Assembly: GCF_001194135.2 (NCBI RefSeq)
Contig: NC_069001.1
Span: 23,194,576-23,248,742, forward strand
Direction: 5' to 3'
From: Octopus bimaculoides
Taxonomy: Eukaryota
Length of the DNA stretch: 54,167 bases
Of the stretch, positions 34,841 to 48,061 are shown piece by piece (the stretch's first letter is position 1; each line of letters starts with the position of its first letter). The notes beneath the pieces are model-generated. The model worked only from the letters and a program-made list of their open reading frames with translations, made no database searches and had not been told where the DNA came from. Position numbers and translations under genes: made by a program.

Positions 34841-36949
34841 GTGCTACCTTGTTGTGGTAAGAGAGCTTACATCTGTGGTTGCAGCTATGTTGGGAAGTGC
34901 AACCACACCAAATTGGTCCCTCCTCTTTGGACAAACTAAAAGTGCCCTAATCTCCCATGGCAGTACCGTATACAGTGGGAGACCCTGCTAGGTCTGAGGC
35001 GATATGACCAAGACGTACTGGGGGTCTTGGTCATCAGTTTTTGTCTCCGTTCATTGATGGTGCTTTTTCTGTGTTTGAGGCCAAATGGAGATATATTATC
35101 ATCTCTGAGTGATCCAGCTTATGTGTTATGTACCAAACTGTGCTCCCTATCTGTAGGGTGCAGAGTGTGTCTGCTTTCTCTTGTTGCTAAGGGGCAGCCT
35201 GGTGGATTCTGCCATACCCAATTGGCTCACATTGCACCGGGTTGGTTGGTGTCCCTGAGACACCCATGCAGTTGAGTCAGCTATGTGGGGTTTCATGTCA
35301 ACTGGATGGGTGGTTGCATCGACTTTGTGTAATTCTTGTTTGCTATATGAGGGAGGGGGTCATGTATGACTATAATGGAGTGAGGTCACGTTGGCTATGA
35401 GGGAGGGTCTATTGACCTAATGGATGAGATCAGGCCCGATTGGTATGTGACAGACATGATACAGCAACACAAAGACAGTATGCTTAGAGCTGTGGTCTGC
35501 ACTCCCATGGGTGGCTCCACTCCCAGATGGTAGCCTGAGTGCTCCTTGGACTTCTTGACAGGTGCAACCTTGGTCAGATGACCCAGTGCCACAAGAAAAT
35601 ATTGTGAATACACATAATGCATATTAAATCAATTGACAGTGTCATGCAACAGCTGGGCACCGTAAAACCAGTGGCCAAGAAGATGTGGAAGGTTCTCAGT
35701 GGTCAGCCCCAACATGCTTCTCAGTCATGCCAAGATGAAAGGTTACTTTCTCCCATGGTAGATACATGGTCATGTTCATCCCATGCTATGCTAGTTGACC
35801 AACAAAATACTGAACATAGAATTTCCAGCTGTAACATCAGCATTCCATTGTCACTAACAGTTGGCACTTGTTTGTTGACTGTCAGTATTCATCCAATGCT
35901 GACACTAGAAAGACTGAATCCATCTGTGTCAACTACCAACTGTCTATCATTATTCCTCTCTTTCTTTCTATCTGCTCTTTCCCAATCTTCTCTACTCCAC
36001 TCTGTTTGACTCTCTTGCCTCACTTTTTGGTACCAAAAGACTATCCTGTTTTTTATTACCCATCCTTTTTCTACTTGACCAGGGCCTTAGTAAGGCATTT
36101 TTTTCATTTCCTGCCTAGCATTCACTTCAGACCCCAGTTGGTCTTATCTTTTCACTTTCATTCGTTTCTTTCCTTCTATCTTTCTTCCCTTCAATCCCAT
36201 CTCTCTATCCTTCTCTTGAACCCACTCCTCATACCTTTCGAACACTAACGCCACTATTTTCTTTCTTTTTTGCCAGTTTTTGTCATGTAGCATCCCACAT
36301 TCTGAAATACTTGCAATTTGTGTTTTTTACTGCTTATATTTGCTTCACTTGATATATTTCAGAAATTAAGTATTTTAATATACAAAATATATTTCACATT
36401 ATTACATATACAATACATTTCTGTATGTCAAATGTATGTCATAATGATTTTAGTTTTCTTCGAAGTGATGTAAATTTTAAAGTTTTTAAATGAAAAAAAC
36501 ATTCAATTTTTTTTTATCTGATAACGATGTTAAACAAATAAGTTTTAACAAATTAATCAAAAGTAATTAAGAGAAACCTTACTTTTTTAACATGAAATTG
36601 TTGATCTGCTTGCACTCTGACTTTTTTCTATATTATCAGCTCTGTGTACTATGTCAAATCAACTAGAAGCAAAACTGAAGAAAATTTCAGATTTCTTCGG
36701 TACTACATCATATCAAGAGAATGCAGTACCTTTGGAGATTGCAGAGATGCAATTCAGTGAAAAAAATTAATAAAGCACTTCCAACATATCAAGAAGTGTC
36801 TTTGAAAGTTTGCACATCACAAAAACAATGCTCCTACTGCCAGTCTGGTTCAAGGAAGCCCAGTAGCTTCATTGTGATATTCAGCATCATGCTGTTATCT
36901 GTTTTTATGTCAAAGGAGTTCAGTATAACAGATTACAATGCCTTAGGAA

Positions 36950-38950
36950 ACTGCCTTCTTGACTTGTGTATGAAACTGGGGCAACATTACATGAAAAATT
37001 GCTGCATATAGCTGTTCCGGTCAGCACATGAAAACAGTTAACACTTTTAGCCAAAGACAGATATATCTTTGACTCTGAATAAACAGTCAATTCAGTCACA
37101 AGAAGTAGCCTAGCAAGCATTAAAAATTATTTTCAAAGTGGTCAGATTCTGTGGTAGACAAGGCCTCACATTACGAGGGCCTGGACATGACACAGGAAAC
37201 TTCGTATATCTCATAAAAGAACTTTGTAGTGCAGAAATGGCCTAAACATCAAGGTAATTTCCTATCAGATACCATACAAAATGAAATCCTACAGGCATGT
37301 AGTCATACCATTCTGCATGAGATCAGAAAAAATGTTGAAGATTCCATATTTATTGGTATTGAATGTGATGGCACCACTGATTGCTCTGGCATGGAACAAG
37401 AATCAATCATTGTCCATTATGTTTCTGAAGACCTGGATACCCACAATGATTTTCTCAATTTTTATAATTCTCCTGACTGCTCTTTGGAGACACTAAGGTT
37501 ATTCTGGAAGTTTTTTGCCACTTAAACATTTCACTTGAATCAAAATTATGCTGTTTTGAGTGGAAACATTTCAGGCATTAAAATTATTAAAAGACATGTT
37601 TCCTTTTACATATTTTGTACATTGTAGAAACCACTCTCTGGATCTTGTCCTCCAAGAAGTTGGCTCTGTGGTTGCCATTGTAGCTGATGCACTGAACTTT
37701 GTTCACCAGTGTGCCACTCTTCTGAAAGAGATATCAAAAAGAAAAACACAATGGACAATTCTTTATCTTGAGAAGGTCATGTTGCAAGCCATGTATCCAA
37801 CGCATTAGTGCATTAGAGCAACAGCACTAAGACAGGCAGAAAGAAACTATAAGAAGATTAAGGATTTCTTGCTGTTGCTTCCGAATGATACATCACTATG
37901 AGCAACAGCAAAGGTTACTGTCAAAAGACTGCTGAAACAATAAGGCAAAGCTTTCACTTTGTTTGGTATTAAGGTGGCTGGGAAGGTATTTGGAATATGT
38001 GAATCTGTGGTACATAGCTTACAGTGTTCAGGCACAACAGTCAAAGTTGATCGAAAAGTTGAAGAACACTCTTTCAAAAATGAGAAGTGAGAAAGTTTTT
38101 GAAAGCTATTTCAGCGAAGTATCCTCTGCTGACTAGGAAAATGCCTCACACCTTTCGTTCCAAGAATACACTGCTCTGCTTCAGACACAGAACTATTGAA
38201 AATGGTGCTCTCTCTGTCATCAGCAATTTTTCAGCATTACTGATGTCATTGAAAATTGAATCACCGCTTTCAGCAAGAGGGAATGTGCATATTCTCTGAG
38301 TGAGAGGATTTTCAGTTATTGGTAGTCAGCTGTGGGACGTTTGAGCTTGCATAGGCGTACCTGCCTTTTTCATTTTACTTGCCCTCACTGTCATTACAAA
38401 CCAAACTCCTTACCGGCCTGTGGACAGAAAAAAGAAGCTTTGCCCAAATAATTGCATGACATTGTTGAAAATGGAGAGCTTCTGATGCTGTCATTTATTC
38501 TCAAAAATGTTGATGCAAATGCAGCTTATTCTGTCTTGTACATATGGAAAAGTGCTTCAAATTATTCTAAAAAATTTCTAATCTCGTTTTGGCAATGAAA
38601 CCTTCTAAGAGGATGTGCAAAGAACTTCCATTGCACAAGTTTTTGTGCACATGCATCTTGGCACGGTGTGTTAGATGGTGCTGCATCATTGTGGTATGGA
38701 GCCAGGTCATCAAACAGCGAAGTGTACCAAACATTCTCTTGCTTGTAGCTTATTCTGTCTTTGCATCAATCAAGAGAATGTTCAGCATACTCCAACGTTT
38801 GAAGACTTGGCTCTGTACCACAGTGATGCAGCATCACCCAACATACTGTGCCATAATGCATGTGCATAAAAACTTGTGCAAGAAAATCGCTTTGCACATA
38901 CTCATGGAAAAGTTTCATTGCCAAAACAATTGAACATAGAAAACTTTTTG
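36950..38950 (+). mobile_element. hAT-superfamily (DUF4371/ZMYM1-like) transposase remnant, frameshifted
   Basis: RFCGRQGLTLRG..GNF; FLSDTIQNEIL...IECDGTTDCSGMEQESIIVHYV; YFVHCRNHSLDLVLQE; C-terminal dimerisation motif IKRMFSILQRLKTWL...AIMHVHK. Confidence 0.9.
38586..38927. repeat. Inverted duplication of the hAT 3' coding end (arms 38586-38705 and 38806-38927)
   Basis: gttttggcaatgaaacc...gtggtatggagccag is the reverse complement of cttggctctgtaccac...tttcattgccaaaac. Confidence 0.85.
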
Positions 38951-39139
38951 AAAACATTTAAAGTACTTTTACATATGTATGAGAGTGAGCTGACAATTTC
39001 GCAGGTTGACACTGAAGGAGAGATGTGAGAGCTGTGAAATCTTTCTTGCAGTACGTCCAAGACTTCTTATTAATAACTGCCTTATTTCTATCTGGGTAAA
39101 CTGCCATCTGATTATTCAGAGAAACTTCAAATGTAACTA

Positions 39140-40097
39140 TTAGCAATTTCTCTTAAAAATCAACAAAATTTGGCATTGTGTCATAATCAAATACCAGCAG
39201 AAAAAGGGTTTAGCTCTCAAGGGCATCCATGCCTACATGGTTGATATATTAAAGGATGATGCTCCAGCTTTATCAACCGTGCATAAGTGGCAGCTGAATT
39301 TAGCAGGGGAAGAGAGAATCTTGAGAAGATCTACAGTCTGGATGTTCTGCAGCTGCCACCACAAAGGAAAATGTTGATCGTGTTCACCACATGGTGATGG
39401 ATGAGAGGCAATTGACTATCAAGCAAATAGTCAATGTAATTAGCATATCCCATGAGAGAGTGGAGAATACTCTGCACAATGAAGTTGGCATGACAAAGGT
39501 TTCTTCTTGGTGGGTGCTACATCTTCTGACACTTGATCAAAAGTGCACCAGGCTGATCACATTATGAGAATATCAGGCATTGTTTGAGGCAGATCTAGCT
39601 AGTTTCTTTGAACATTTTCTAACCTAGGATGTAGGTTGGTTTCATCACTTTGAATCAGAAACAAAGAGGCAATCCATTCAGTGGAAACACTTCTCTTCAC
39701 CTTCTTGTTTCATGAGGACAATGCTTCAGCACACAAGTCTTTGGTTTCAATGGCTGCTGTGCATGGCTTGCCTTGAACTGGTTAATCACCCTCCCAGGGT
39801 AAGTTGGTTTGGGGAGTTGGGTCCATCTGAGTTGGTTCCATCTGAATATTATGTTTCCCAACATGAAAAAAGCAGTTGGCTGGGCACCAATCTCACTGTG
39901 ATATTGACATCTTATCTGCTGTTAATGACTTTTGTGACCAACAGTATAGTTTCTTTACCAATATGATCCAGGCACTGCAACACTGATGGAAATGTGTGGA
40001 CAGTAAGAGGAACTATGTTAAAAAAGGAACCTCTTTTGGTCCCATTCCATGAGAGTGTTTTGCTCAGCCTACGAACATTTCAGCCGACACTCATTAT
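39140..40097 (+). mobile_element. Mariner transposase remnant with internal deletion
   Basis: GMTKVSSWWVLHLLT (WVPHLL motif), DVGWFHHFESETKRQSIQWKH, then jumps to FHEDNASAH...HPP; 3' TIR-like cgaacatttcagccgacactc. Confidence 0.85.
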
Positions 40098-40347
40098 AGT
40101 AAAAATTATTATTATACCTGTATTTGTATTAAAATTAACATTGAGAAAGTCTAATTTTTTCGTTAAAAAATTTGGACCTGGGTTTGCACCCCCAAAGCAA
40201 ATTTCGTTCCCAGGTACAGTGTGTGTACATGTATGTGTGTAGGTGTGTGTATAATATGCATGTATATGTACATGTAATATGTATGTGTGTGTGTGTGTAT
40301 ATATATATATTTATATATGTGTGTGTGTGTATAGTGAGAGAAAAGGC

Positions 40348-40387
<40 letters not shown>

Positions 40388-40900
40388 GACATATATAGAG
40401 GCATCCTCCACACTAACAGAATTATGTATTATTGAAAATCTTGCCATAATGCAAAAATCCCTTAATGCAAGTGATTTCCATATAAATTGAGATGCATTCT
40501 GAAGGAACACTTACAAAAACAAAACAAGACAATAATAATTAATACAATATCTTTTATGCAGAGAAACATCAGTTTCAAAAGACACAACTAGTACAGTATG
40601 TATGCATAAAAATATTTTAAGTGAAATACATCAGGGAATGAATCAGAAAATACAGTAATATCAGAGAATGGTAACCACTACCTATAAATGATATTGACAG
40701 CTGTGTGATGGGAGATGGTGCATTGTGAGTTACTGGGAAGCAAAAAGGGCTCTATCTTCTGCTCAATAGATCTGCAGCATCTGCTACAGGGATGAAGAAT
40801 GAATCCAGATTTGTTTGTTGTTTATGACACATCATCTCTTTGTACTGCTCGTTGCAGAAACTTTGTTTGCCATTTTAAGTCATGCTGCTGACTCAAATAC

Positions 40901-41074
40901 AATGGTTGGAGCTTCTATATTCTCTTCTTGTCCAGTAGTCTGCTTTTATTCTAAAGTCTGCAACTTTTCCTATCAACCCTCGGAACTCAACTACAGAATC
41001 ATCTACAATTCTTTCAACTAGTACATCATTTGCCAATCTTAGTATAGGTTCCAGATCTTGATGTAGGCTTTTTG
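40901..41074 (-). CDS. Candidate internal exon (phase 1 to 1)
   Basis: Strong acceptor ggtttttttttctttgatcag; 58 open codons KSLHQDLEPILRLANDVLVERIVDDSVVEFRGLIGKVADFRIKADYWTRREYRSSNH; donor gtattt is weak. Confidence 0.4.
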
Positions 41075-41149
41075 CTGATCAAAGAAAAAAAAAACCTGTT
41101 ACATCATACTTATAATCTTGCCATATATATATTAGTTTTTAGCTTTGGC

Positions 41150-41345
41150 ACAAAGCCAGAAATTTTGAGGGAGAGGTGGGTAAGTTGATTACATTGACCC
41201 CAGTGCTCAGCTGGTACTTATGGACCCCAATGGATGACAGGCAAAGTTGATTTTGGCAAAATTTGAACTCAGAATGTCAAGTTGAAGAAATGCTGCTGAG
41301 CATTTTGTTTGGCATGTTAATGATTCTGCGACTTTGCTGCCTTGT
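41150..41345 (-). mobile_element. SINE family C
   Basis: gcaaagttgattttggcaaaatttgaactcagaat; tail ttggcacaaagccag. Confidence 0.7.
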
Positions 41346-42109
41346 CTTATCATTTATATTGCCAACTGCTATTTAATAAGGCTTCCATCTCATCCCAAGT
41401 CTCAGCTAAGTTATCCACTACAATCATAACATTCAGCATTTCTCAGAAGTTATTAGTTGTATCAGTCCTATCATTTACTTTTTTATGTTGCTTCAAAGTT
41501 CTCAGATTGAGTGGGAGAAGAACATCAGAACATCAGAATCCTCTTGTGCCCTATATAAGTGCTGCATTTGGCATCCAAACTCTTAGCACAATTATTCACA
41601 CATCTCACCTCTTGCCATGCAGAATGTTGATGCAGCTGTGTGTTGGGTTTCCATTCTTGCCATAGCCAGACAGTTAAGACAGATGGCAGATATTTGTTTC
41701 CAGTTATCATGGGCCACCCAAAGATTGCTTTATCAGTGAGCTTGCCATAAACTCTCGGCAGGACTTCTCTCTCAGTATGTAATTATTGCTGACATTATTT
41801 GTTACTAGCTTAAAAGTTGCACTCTACGAAGACTTTTAAACTAGCTTTGGCAGAGGGCTAATTTGGCCTGTGGCCCAAAACCAAAGAGAGCTAAATAGCA
41901 TGACTATAATACGTTTATAATGACTATATGCTCTGATGGTGTTTGATCAGAGGTTAAAGATGGATGAGAATTAATTCTGTAATGCAATCATTCTGTTGTT
42001 CCACTCTCAATTTGAATTCCAACTGTTGGCCAATCTGTTCCAAAACTCTTGTCTCAACATAAAATTAATGAAACAAATGTCATTTATTGCCCACTTGATC
42101 TCTGAAGTT

Positions 42110-42618
42110 ATCTTAAAAATGCCATATGGTATTGTGGATCAAGAATTCATGGGTGGAGGCCAGACTGTTAATGAAGAATTCTGCTGCAACGTTTTGAAGT
42201 GTTTGAGGGAAGACATTCAGCGAAAGTGACCAGATCTGTGGAGCGTGAAGAATGGAATTCTTCTTGATGACAATGCACCCTGTCACCAAGCTCTCCTCCC
42301 TCATGAGTTTTTCACCAAAAACAGCATGGTATCACTTCAGCACCCACCCTATTCACCAGATTTAGCACCTGTGGACTACTGTCCCTTCTCCAAGATGAAA
42401 ATGCAGCTCAAAGGTTGCATTTTAACACTGTTGTCAAGATCCAGAGTGAATTGCAGAAGGTCCTCAACTTGCTTACAGAAAATGACTTCCCAGCTGGATT
42501 TGAAAAGTGGCAGGAATGCTGGGACCAGTGCAAGGGGACTATTTTGAAGGAGATGATGTTAAAACTGAGGAAAATAAGATATTCTTTTACATCAGGAACT
42601 TTTTGATATCACCTCATA
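42110..42618 (+). mobile_element. Mariner catalytic-domain fragment with 3' TIR
   Basis: GIVDQEF...QTVNEEF...LLDDNAPCH...HPPYSPDLAPVDY; ends ggaactttttgatatcacctcata. Confidence 0.9.
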
Positions 42619-43849
42619 TGTATTAGAAAATAATCTATTTGTTACATTAATAGGAAAGCTGTTCATGAAATAGAATTACCAGAAGCCTTCAGAAGAAACA
42701 GCATCATATGATATGTAGGGAAAGTCTCTGTTAGAAATTCAGCATTTGGGCTAATTTTTGCATATCAGACACATATTCAGGTGCCGTGGTGTGACTTCTC
42801 TGATAATTCCAGGTTGAACATGCAAATGTAAAAAGCAGCTATTTGGAGAGTGTATGCCAACTCAGCCTGAGAGACTCTGAATTTTTGATGCTCAATTTGG
42901 CTGAATTTGTAGGCTTCACTCATGGAGGATTCTAGTCAGACCACCATGGCCACTCATTGGATAAAATCTTGGTTGTGTACATAATTGAATAGTGATGTCT
43001 AAATGGCAAAACACAGGATCTAATCGAATGCTATAGGAAAGCATTGAATAATACGTATCTGGAATCTTCAAAGCCTGGTGTTGATTTTACTTCTCATAAA
43101 GTCCTAGTAAGCATTCAATTCCAGAAGAGCTCCGTTTTATCAACATAGCATGCTTGTTCTGGTGTATAACCTCTTTTGGCAACAATTTTCTTTTGCCATT
43201 CCCTAGATAATTAGCAGCAATGTTCCTATCAACATTTGCAGCCCTGCGGTCATTATAAAACAGTGCAATGTAAAGTAGCATTCAAACCAGCCTTAACTGG
43301 TAGGAAAATGTTTTGTGCCACAAGTTGCACCTTCTATTTTCCGCAAATTGTCATACAAACGTATAACTTAAGCTTGAATGCCTATTATGTTTCTCAATAC
43401 TCACTCTCTTACACACACACACACATGTATATTTATACAGATGCACAGACATGGCCAAATGTGTTATTTACGTGTAACTGCAAATATCATATGAGATGAG
43501 AACAACTGCAAGAATACCATCACAAACTACGTTAGACAAACTATCCAGAGGATAGCAAAAAGGATTGTGGAAAACTGGCATCAGTACGAAGAAGAGAAAC
43601 CTACACAGGTACTGTGTCAACATACATACAAGAAACTTAATGACCTGCTGAAAAATACAGAAATAAAAATCATATCAATATGCCCATGTGGTATCCCATT
43701 ATGATAAGAAAAAGAAGCTGGCTATGTACATATTACAAACAAGCAGCAAACTAATGAGAAATATGATAAGAGTATCAACAACGTTAACACTGCTACCATG
43801 ATTCTTAACATAAATGGCTCATGTGTGTATATGTGGCTGAGTATATCAC

Positions 43850-44138
43850 TATGGGTACCTCGTAAAAACACCCAGCACCTGTGTTGATGCCATGTAAATG
43901 TGCCGCCTAAAAGTGTGTACTGGTTCCACATAAAAGCACCCATGCTGGTGTCATGTAAAAGCACCTGTGCTGGTGCCATATAAAAGCCTGCAGTACCCTC
44001 TGTAAAGTGCTTGGCATTAGGAAGGACATCCAGCCATAGAAATCATGCCAACATAAACAACTGGAACCTGACCAACTCTCCACTTGGCCATTTTTCTGTC
44101 AAACCACCTAACCCATGGAAAGCAGACATTAAATGATG

Positions 44139-44140
<2 letters not shown>
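43850..44140 (+). mobile_element. RTE-tail repeat
   Basis: ggcattaggaaggacatccagccatagaaa...acccatggaaagcagacattaaatgatgat. Confidence 0.75.
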
Positions 44141-44169
<29 letters not shown>

Positions 44170-44586
44170 TAACGCCTTTGTTGTAATGAAGTCATACAAG
44201 TGTGTGTGTGTATGTGTCTTTGTGTCTGTGTCTGTCCCCCGCCGCCACTTGATGTAGAATAAGAACAAGGCTTCAAAAAAATAATTCTTGGGGTTGATTC
44301 ACTCAACTAAAAATCCTTCAATGTGATTCCCCAGATGGCCGCAGTCAAATTACAAGCAAGTAGAAGATAAACAAACATAAGAGAGTTACAGGGAGGTGAA
44401 TATAAGTGAAGTGGAGCCAAGGATTCGATAAGGGGAGAGGGTGGGTAAGTTTGTGAGAATTGCAAAAGGAAGATGGGAAGTTGAGGAGACGGGAATCTTG
44501 TGAGTGGACACAGAGCTTGGCACAGTCTTCTGATATGCCAGCTCCTGTCAAACCGTTCAACCCATGCCAGCATGAGAAACAAACAA

Positions 44587-45027
44587 TAACCCTTTAGCAT
44601 TTATTCCGACCACATCTGGCCCAAATATTCTACCTGTTTTATGTTAAAACTAACCAGATCCAACCACTCACACCTACCCTACAATGTCATTCTGAAATGT
44701 CGGTTCCTTTTCAATCATCCAACTCATGCCAGCATGGAGTATGGACATTAAGACATTAGCATTTATTCTGACCAAATCTGGCCTAAATATTCTAGCTGTT
44801 TTATGTTAAAACTAACCAGATCCAACCACTCACACCTACCCTACAATGTCATTCTGACATGTCGGTTCCTTTTGAATCATCCAACTCATGCCAGCATGGA
44901 GTATGGACATTAAGAATTTAGAATTTAATCTGGCCATATCTGGCCTAAATATTCAACCTGTTCTATGTTAAAACTGACCAGACTCAGCCTTTCACACCTA
45001 CCCTATAATGTCATTCCAAAAATAAAG
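44587..45027. repeat. 162-bp tandem repeat (~2.7 units), chimera of MITE end and RTE-tail piece
   Basis: Units start at 44594, 44756 and 44918; each is a MITE terminus (ttagcattt...cacacctaccctacaatgtcattct) plus ccaactcatgccagcatggag...ggacattaa. Confidence 0.85.
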
Positions 45028-45304
45028 AAGCAATGGAATTATATGTAAGCAAGAGAAGAGACTTGTGCTGGTCTGATCAGGTGATATGGATGGATAAAGA
45101 CAGTTGCATAAAGAAGTGCTGTTCACTTAAAGTGAAGTTGTAGAAGAAGGAGACTCAGGAAGACATGGGATGAAATGTTGATGGCCAGTCTCAAAATGCT
45201 GAACATAACAAAGGAGATGATAGAGGACTGAGATATGTGGCTCATGGCTGTACTCAAGGAAAACCGCCCACCACAACAGTAATGAGATCCTAAAACTAAG
45301 GTGT

Positions 45305-45605
45305 CACTTAAAAAGCATTGGTGTGGGTGCAGGTGCCACTGGTGATGGTGTCACGTAAAGGGCACTGGTGTTAGTGCCACATAAAAAAAAATAAAAAAGT
45401 ACTGGTGATGGTGCCAGGTAAAAAAAGCACCCAGTACACTCTGTAGAGTGGTTGATGTTAGGAAGGACATCCAGGGGTAGAAACCAAGTGGAAATAGACT
45501 GGGGAACCTGGTGTGACCCCTAGCTTTGCTAGTTATTGTCAAGCTGTCCAACACAAACCAGCATGGAATGCAGGTGTTAAATGTTCACGATGATTGATGA
45601 TGACA
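45305..45605 (+). mobile_element. RTE-tail repeat
   Basis: ggttgatgttaggaaggacatccagg...ccagcatggaatgcaggtgttaaatg. Confidence 0.7.
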
Positions 45606-46189
45606 TCATGGGAAGCCTGAAGCTACAATAATGTGGGATTACCTCAAAACAATGTGAATGAATAATCGATACATTTGACAGAAGGGTCAAATGATGGTGA
45701 TGGTGATGACATACATACATTTTTACATACATGTGCGTGTGTGTGTGTGTGTGTAAGAATATGCATGTGTGTGTTTGTGCTTATACGTATGCATGAATAA
45801 CATACATATTTATGTATACATATTTACACATCTATACCTACCTACATGGACACATACACACACACAAATGTGTGTGTATGTGTTAAAAAAGTTATGTTGT
45901 GAGTTTTGGCAATGCAAAAGTTATCAAAATATGTTAGTTTTACTTTTCGGTACATACAGACATACCTTATAGTTTTGTGTTGTTAATGAATAAAAATTAT
46001 AGATAATAACCAATATTTTCGGATGGTGGGACTGTATATCATTAGTATTGCTAAAATTTATTAGTCAGGCAGCTCAGTAGATATGTATGTAGAGTGGTAG
46101 ATGGGGAAGGTGGTAATTAGTTAAGTATATAGTTTGCAAATAAGCAGATACGTTTTACAAGGCAAAATATGTTTAAATGTATATAAATG

Positions 46190-46192
46190 AGA

Positions 46193-46240
<48 letters not shown>

Positions 46241-46497
46241 GTATGTGTGTGTGTGTGTGTGTGATTGCTAAGCAAAATGCATGATATATTTGTGTTTATA
46301 TGAATGTGTCTACTTGGGAGTGATTGAAACAGTTGAATACACCTGCATGTGTGGGTGTGTATGTATACAAATATATGTATATATATGTATATGCATACAC
46401 ATACACATATATATGTATATGTATATGTTTACATATATATGTATATGAATACATATATATGCACACATATGTATACATACATACATACACATACACA

Positions 46498-46553
<56 letters not shown>

Positions 46554-46620
46554 GAGAGAGAGAGATAGATAGATAAATATACGTATATTTATACATATGT
46601 GTGTGTGTGTTTGTGTGAAC
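46190..46620. repeat. Compound TA/TG/CA/GA microsatellite cluster
   Basis: Direct reading. Confidence 0.95.
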
Positions 46621-47565
46621 AAATGTATGTTTGTATATGTGACAAATACTGGGCCTGGATAATATATTGAAGAGGATGTTTTGTTATTCTAGAATATATT
46701 TATGACTCCTCAGAACCTATTGTTTCTATTGTAGATAATTGCAAAAATTTGGTAGGAAACAAACATTATTTTAGAAAATGAAATGAAATTTATTTTTAAA
46801 TAATATAAAGGTACATTGAAATAATACAAAGCAATGTATGGCATTTTGAATTCTTACACAAAAGCTTTTTATTTGATTTGTCAGCTGAATGATAGTGGAT
46901 TTGGAATTAATTGTGTCAATATGCCTGTGAGATTGTTAGGACTAAGCATAGACATGGCCAAATAGTTAAAAGTTTCTTTTCAAATTCATGAGGTCTTAAG
47001 TTTGTTCCCACTATCTGGCCTCTTTGGAATGTGTATTTCGTGATAGTTCCACTTGCCCTGAAACATCCATTCATTTATATTCTCTGCCCCTTATTCTATG
47101 GTGGGTCACAGGGGTAGGGTCATCAGTCATAGGGTCTTACAAGAAGCAATTGTCGTTAGACTTTCCAGCTGGATTCCCAAGCACGACTAACTTAAACTAT
47201 GGAAATTATCATTTTGTTTTTGGTGTACCCCTAAGTCTCCTGCTGGTTGGCTTCACTTGGAAAATACATCTTGCAACTCTTTCCTGTGACTTTCTAACTG
47301 AATGTGTGTGATTTCAAAGCTGTGATCTCTCAACGGGAATAATTAGCAGCTCAACCTGGAAAGAATACTGGATCTCTGAGTAACAAACCCTGTTGAGTAA
47401 TGTTACTCCAGAAATCCTTAGGAGGACCCCATTTTGGCTGCTTGTATTCACAATCAATTGAGAAGGTTAAGAATATGGGGGAAATTCACTACCTTTTGCT
47501 CTTTTCTTTAGATTTTATAGGTGCAGAAAAACATATATACATTAATATAGGCTCGTGCCACATAC

Positions 47566-47688
47566 TTTTACTAATACCATTAATTAGGTGTTTACAAACT
47601 TGCAACACTTGTAGAAGGACCTGAAATTTGTCATACAATAAGGATATGTTTGCTAATAATGGCTTCTTGCAAAATAAAATACCAGAAT
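47566..47688 (-). CDS. Candidate internal exon (phase 1 to 1, 123 nt)
   Basis: ttgtctttgtatcaactag|...aaaa|gtatgt; encodes SGILFCKKPLLANISLLYDKFQVLLQVLQVCKHLINGISK. Confidence 0.4.
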
Positions 47689-48061
47689 CTAGTTGATACA
47701 AAGACAAGATTACTAGTGTAGCTAGAGTGTATGCTGCCTGGTGCAGCCCTTCAGTTTGCCACCCCCAGGCCTCCCCCAAAAATACATATTTCCTACAGCA
47801 GAACCAAGTGTAGTGCTGCCCCTCCCTATAGCTATGCTAGTGAACAAGATTACATATTCCATTAACTACTGCCAGCCTAACATAAAATGAAACACCTTAT
47901 CACCATCTGTTTCAGATGAAATTTTCCATTAAAACTTTAAGTCCAATATTATTAAAACCATTGTAACCTTAAATGGTAAACATGACCTTACTAGCCATAG
48001 ATATGTAAAAAGTCAATTTGAATTATCAATTATATTTCTTCTTCAGTCAAACAGAAGAGAC

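Noticed and set aside
43091-43243. Candidate minus-strand exon AANVDRNIAANY...SSSGIECLLGLYE (phase 2 to 2)
   Set aside because: Its phase is incompatible with the neighbouring candidates and its partner exon would need a 60-nt intron; left unsupported.
46010-46050. Hammerhead-like caata-CTAATGA...GAAA-a-tattg on the minus strand
   Set aside because: Core G5A, no stem II pairing and no NUH; at best a dead remnant.
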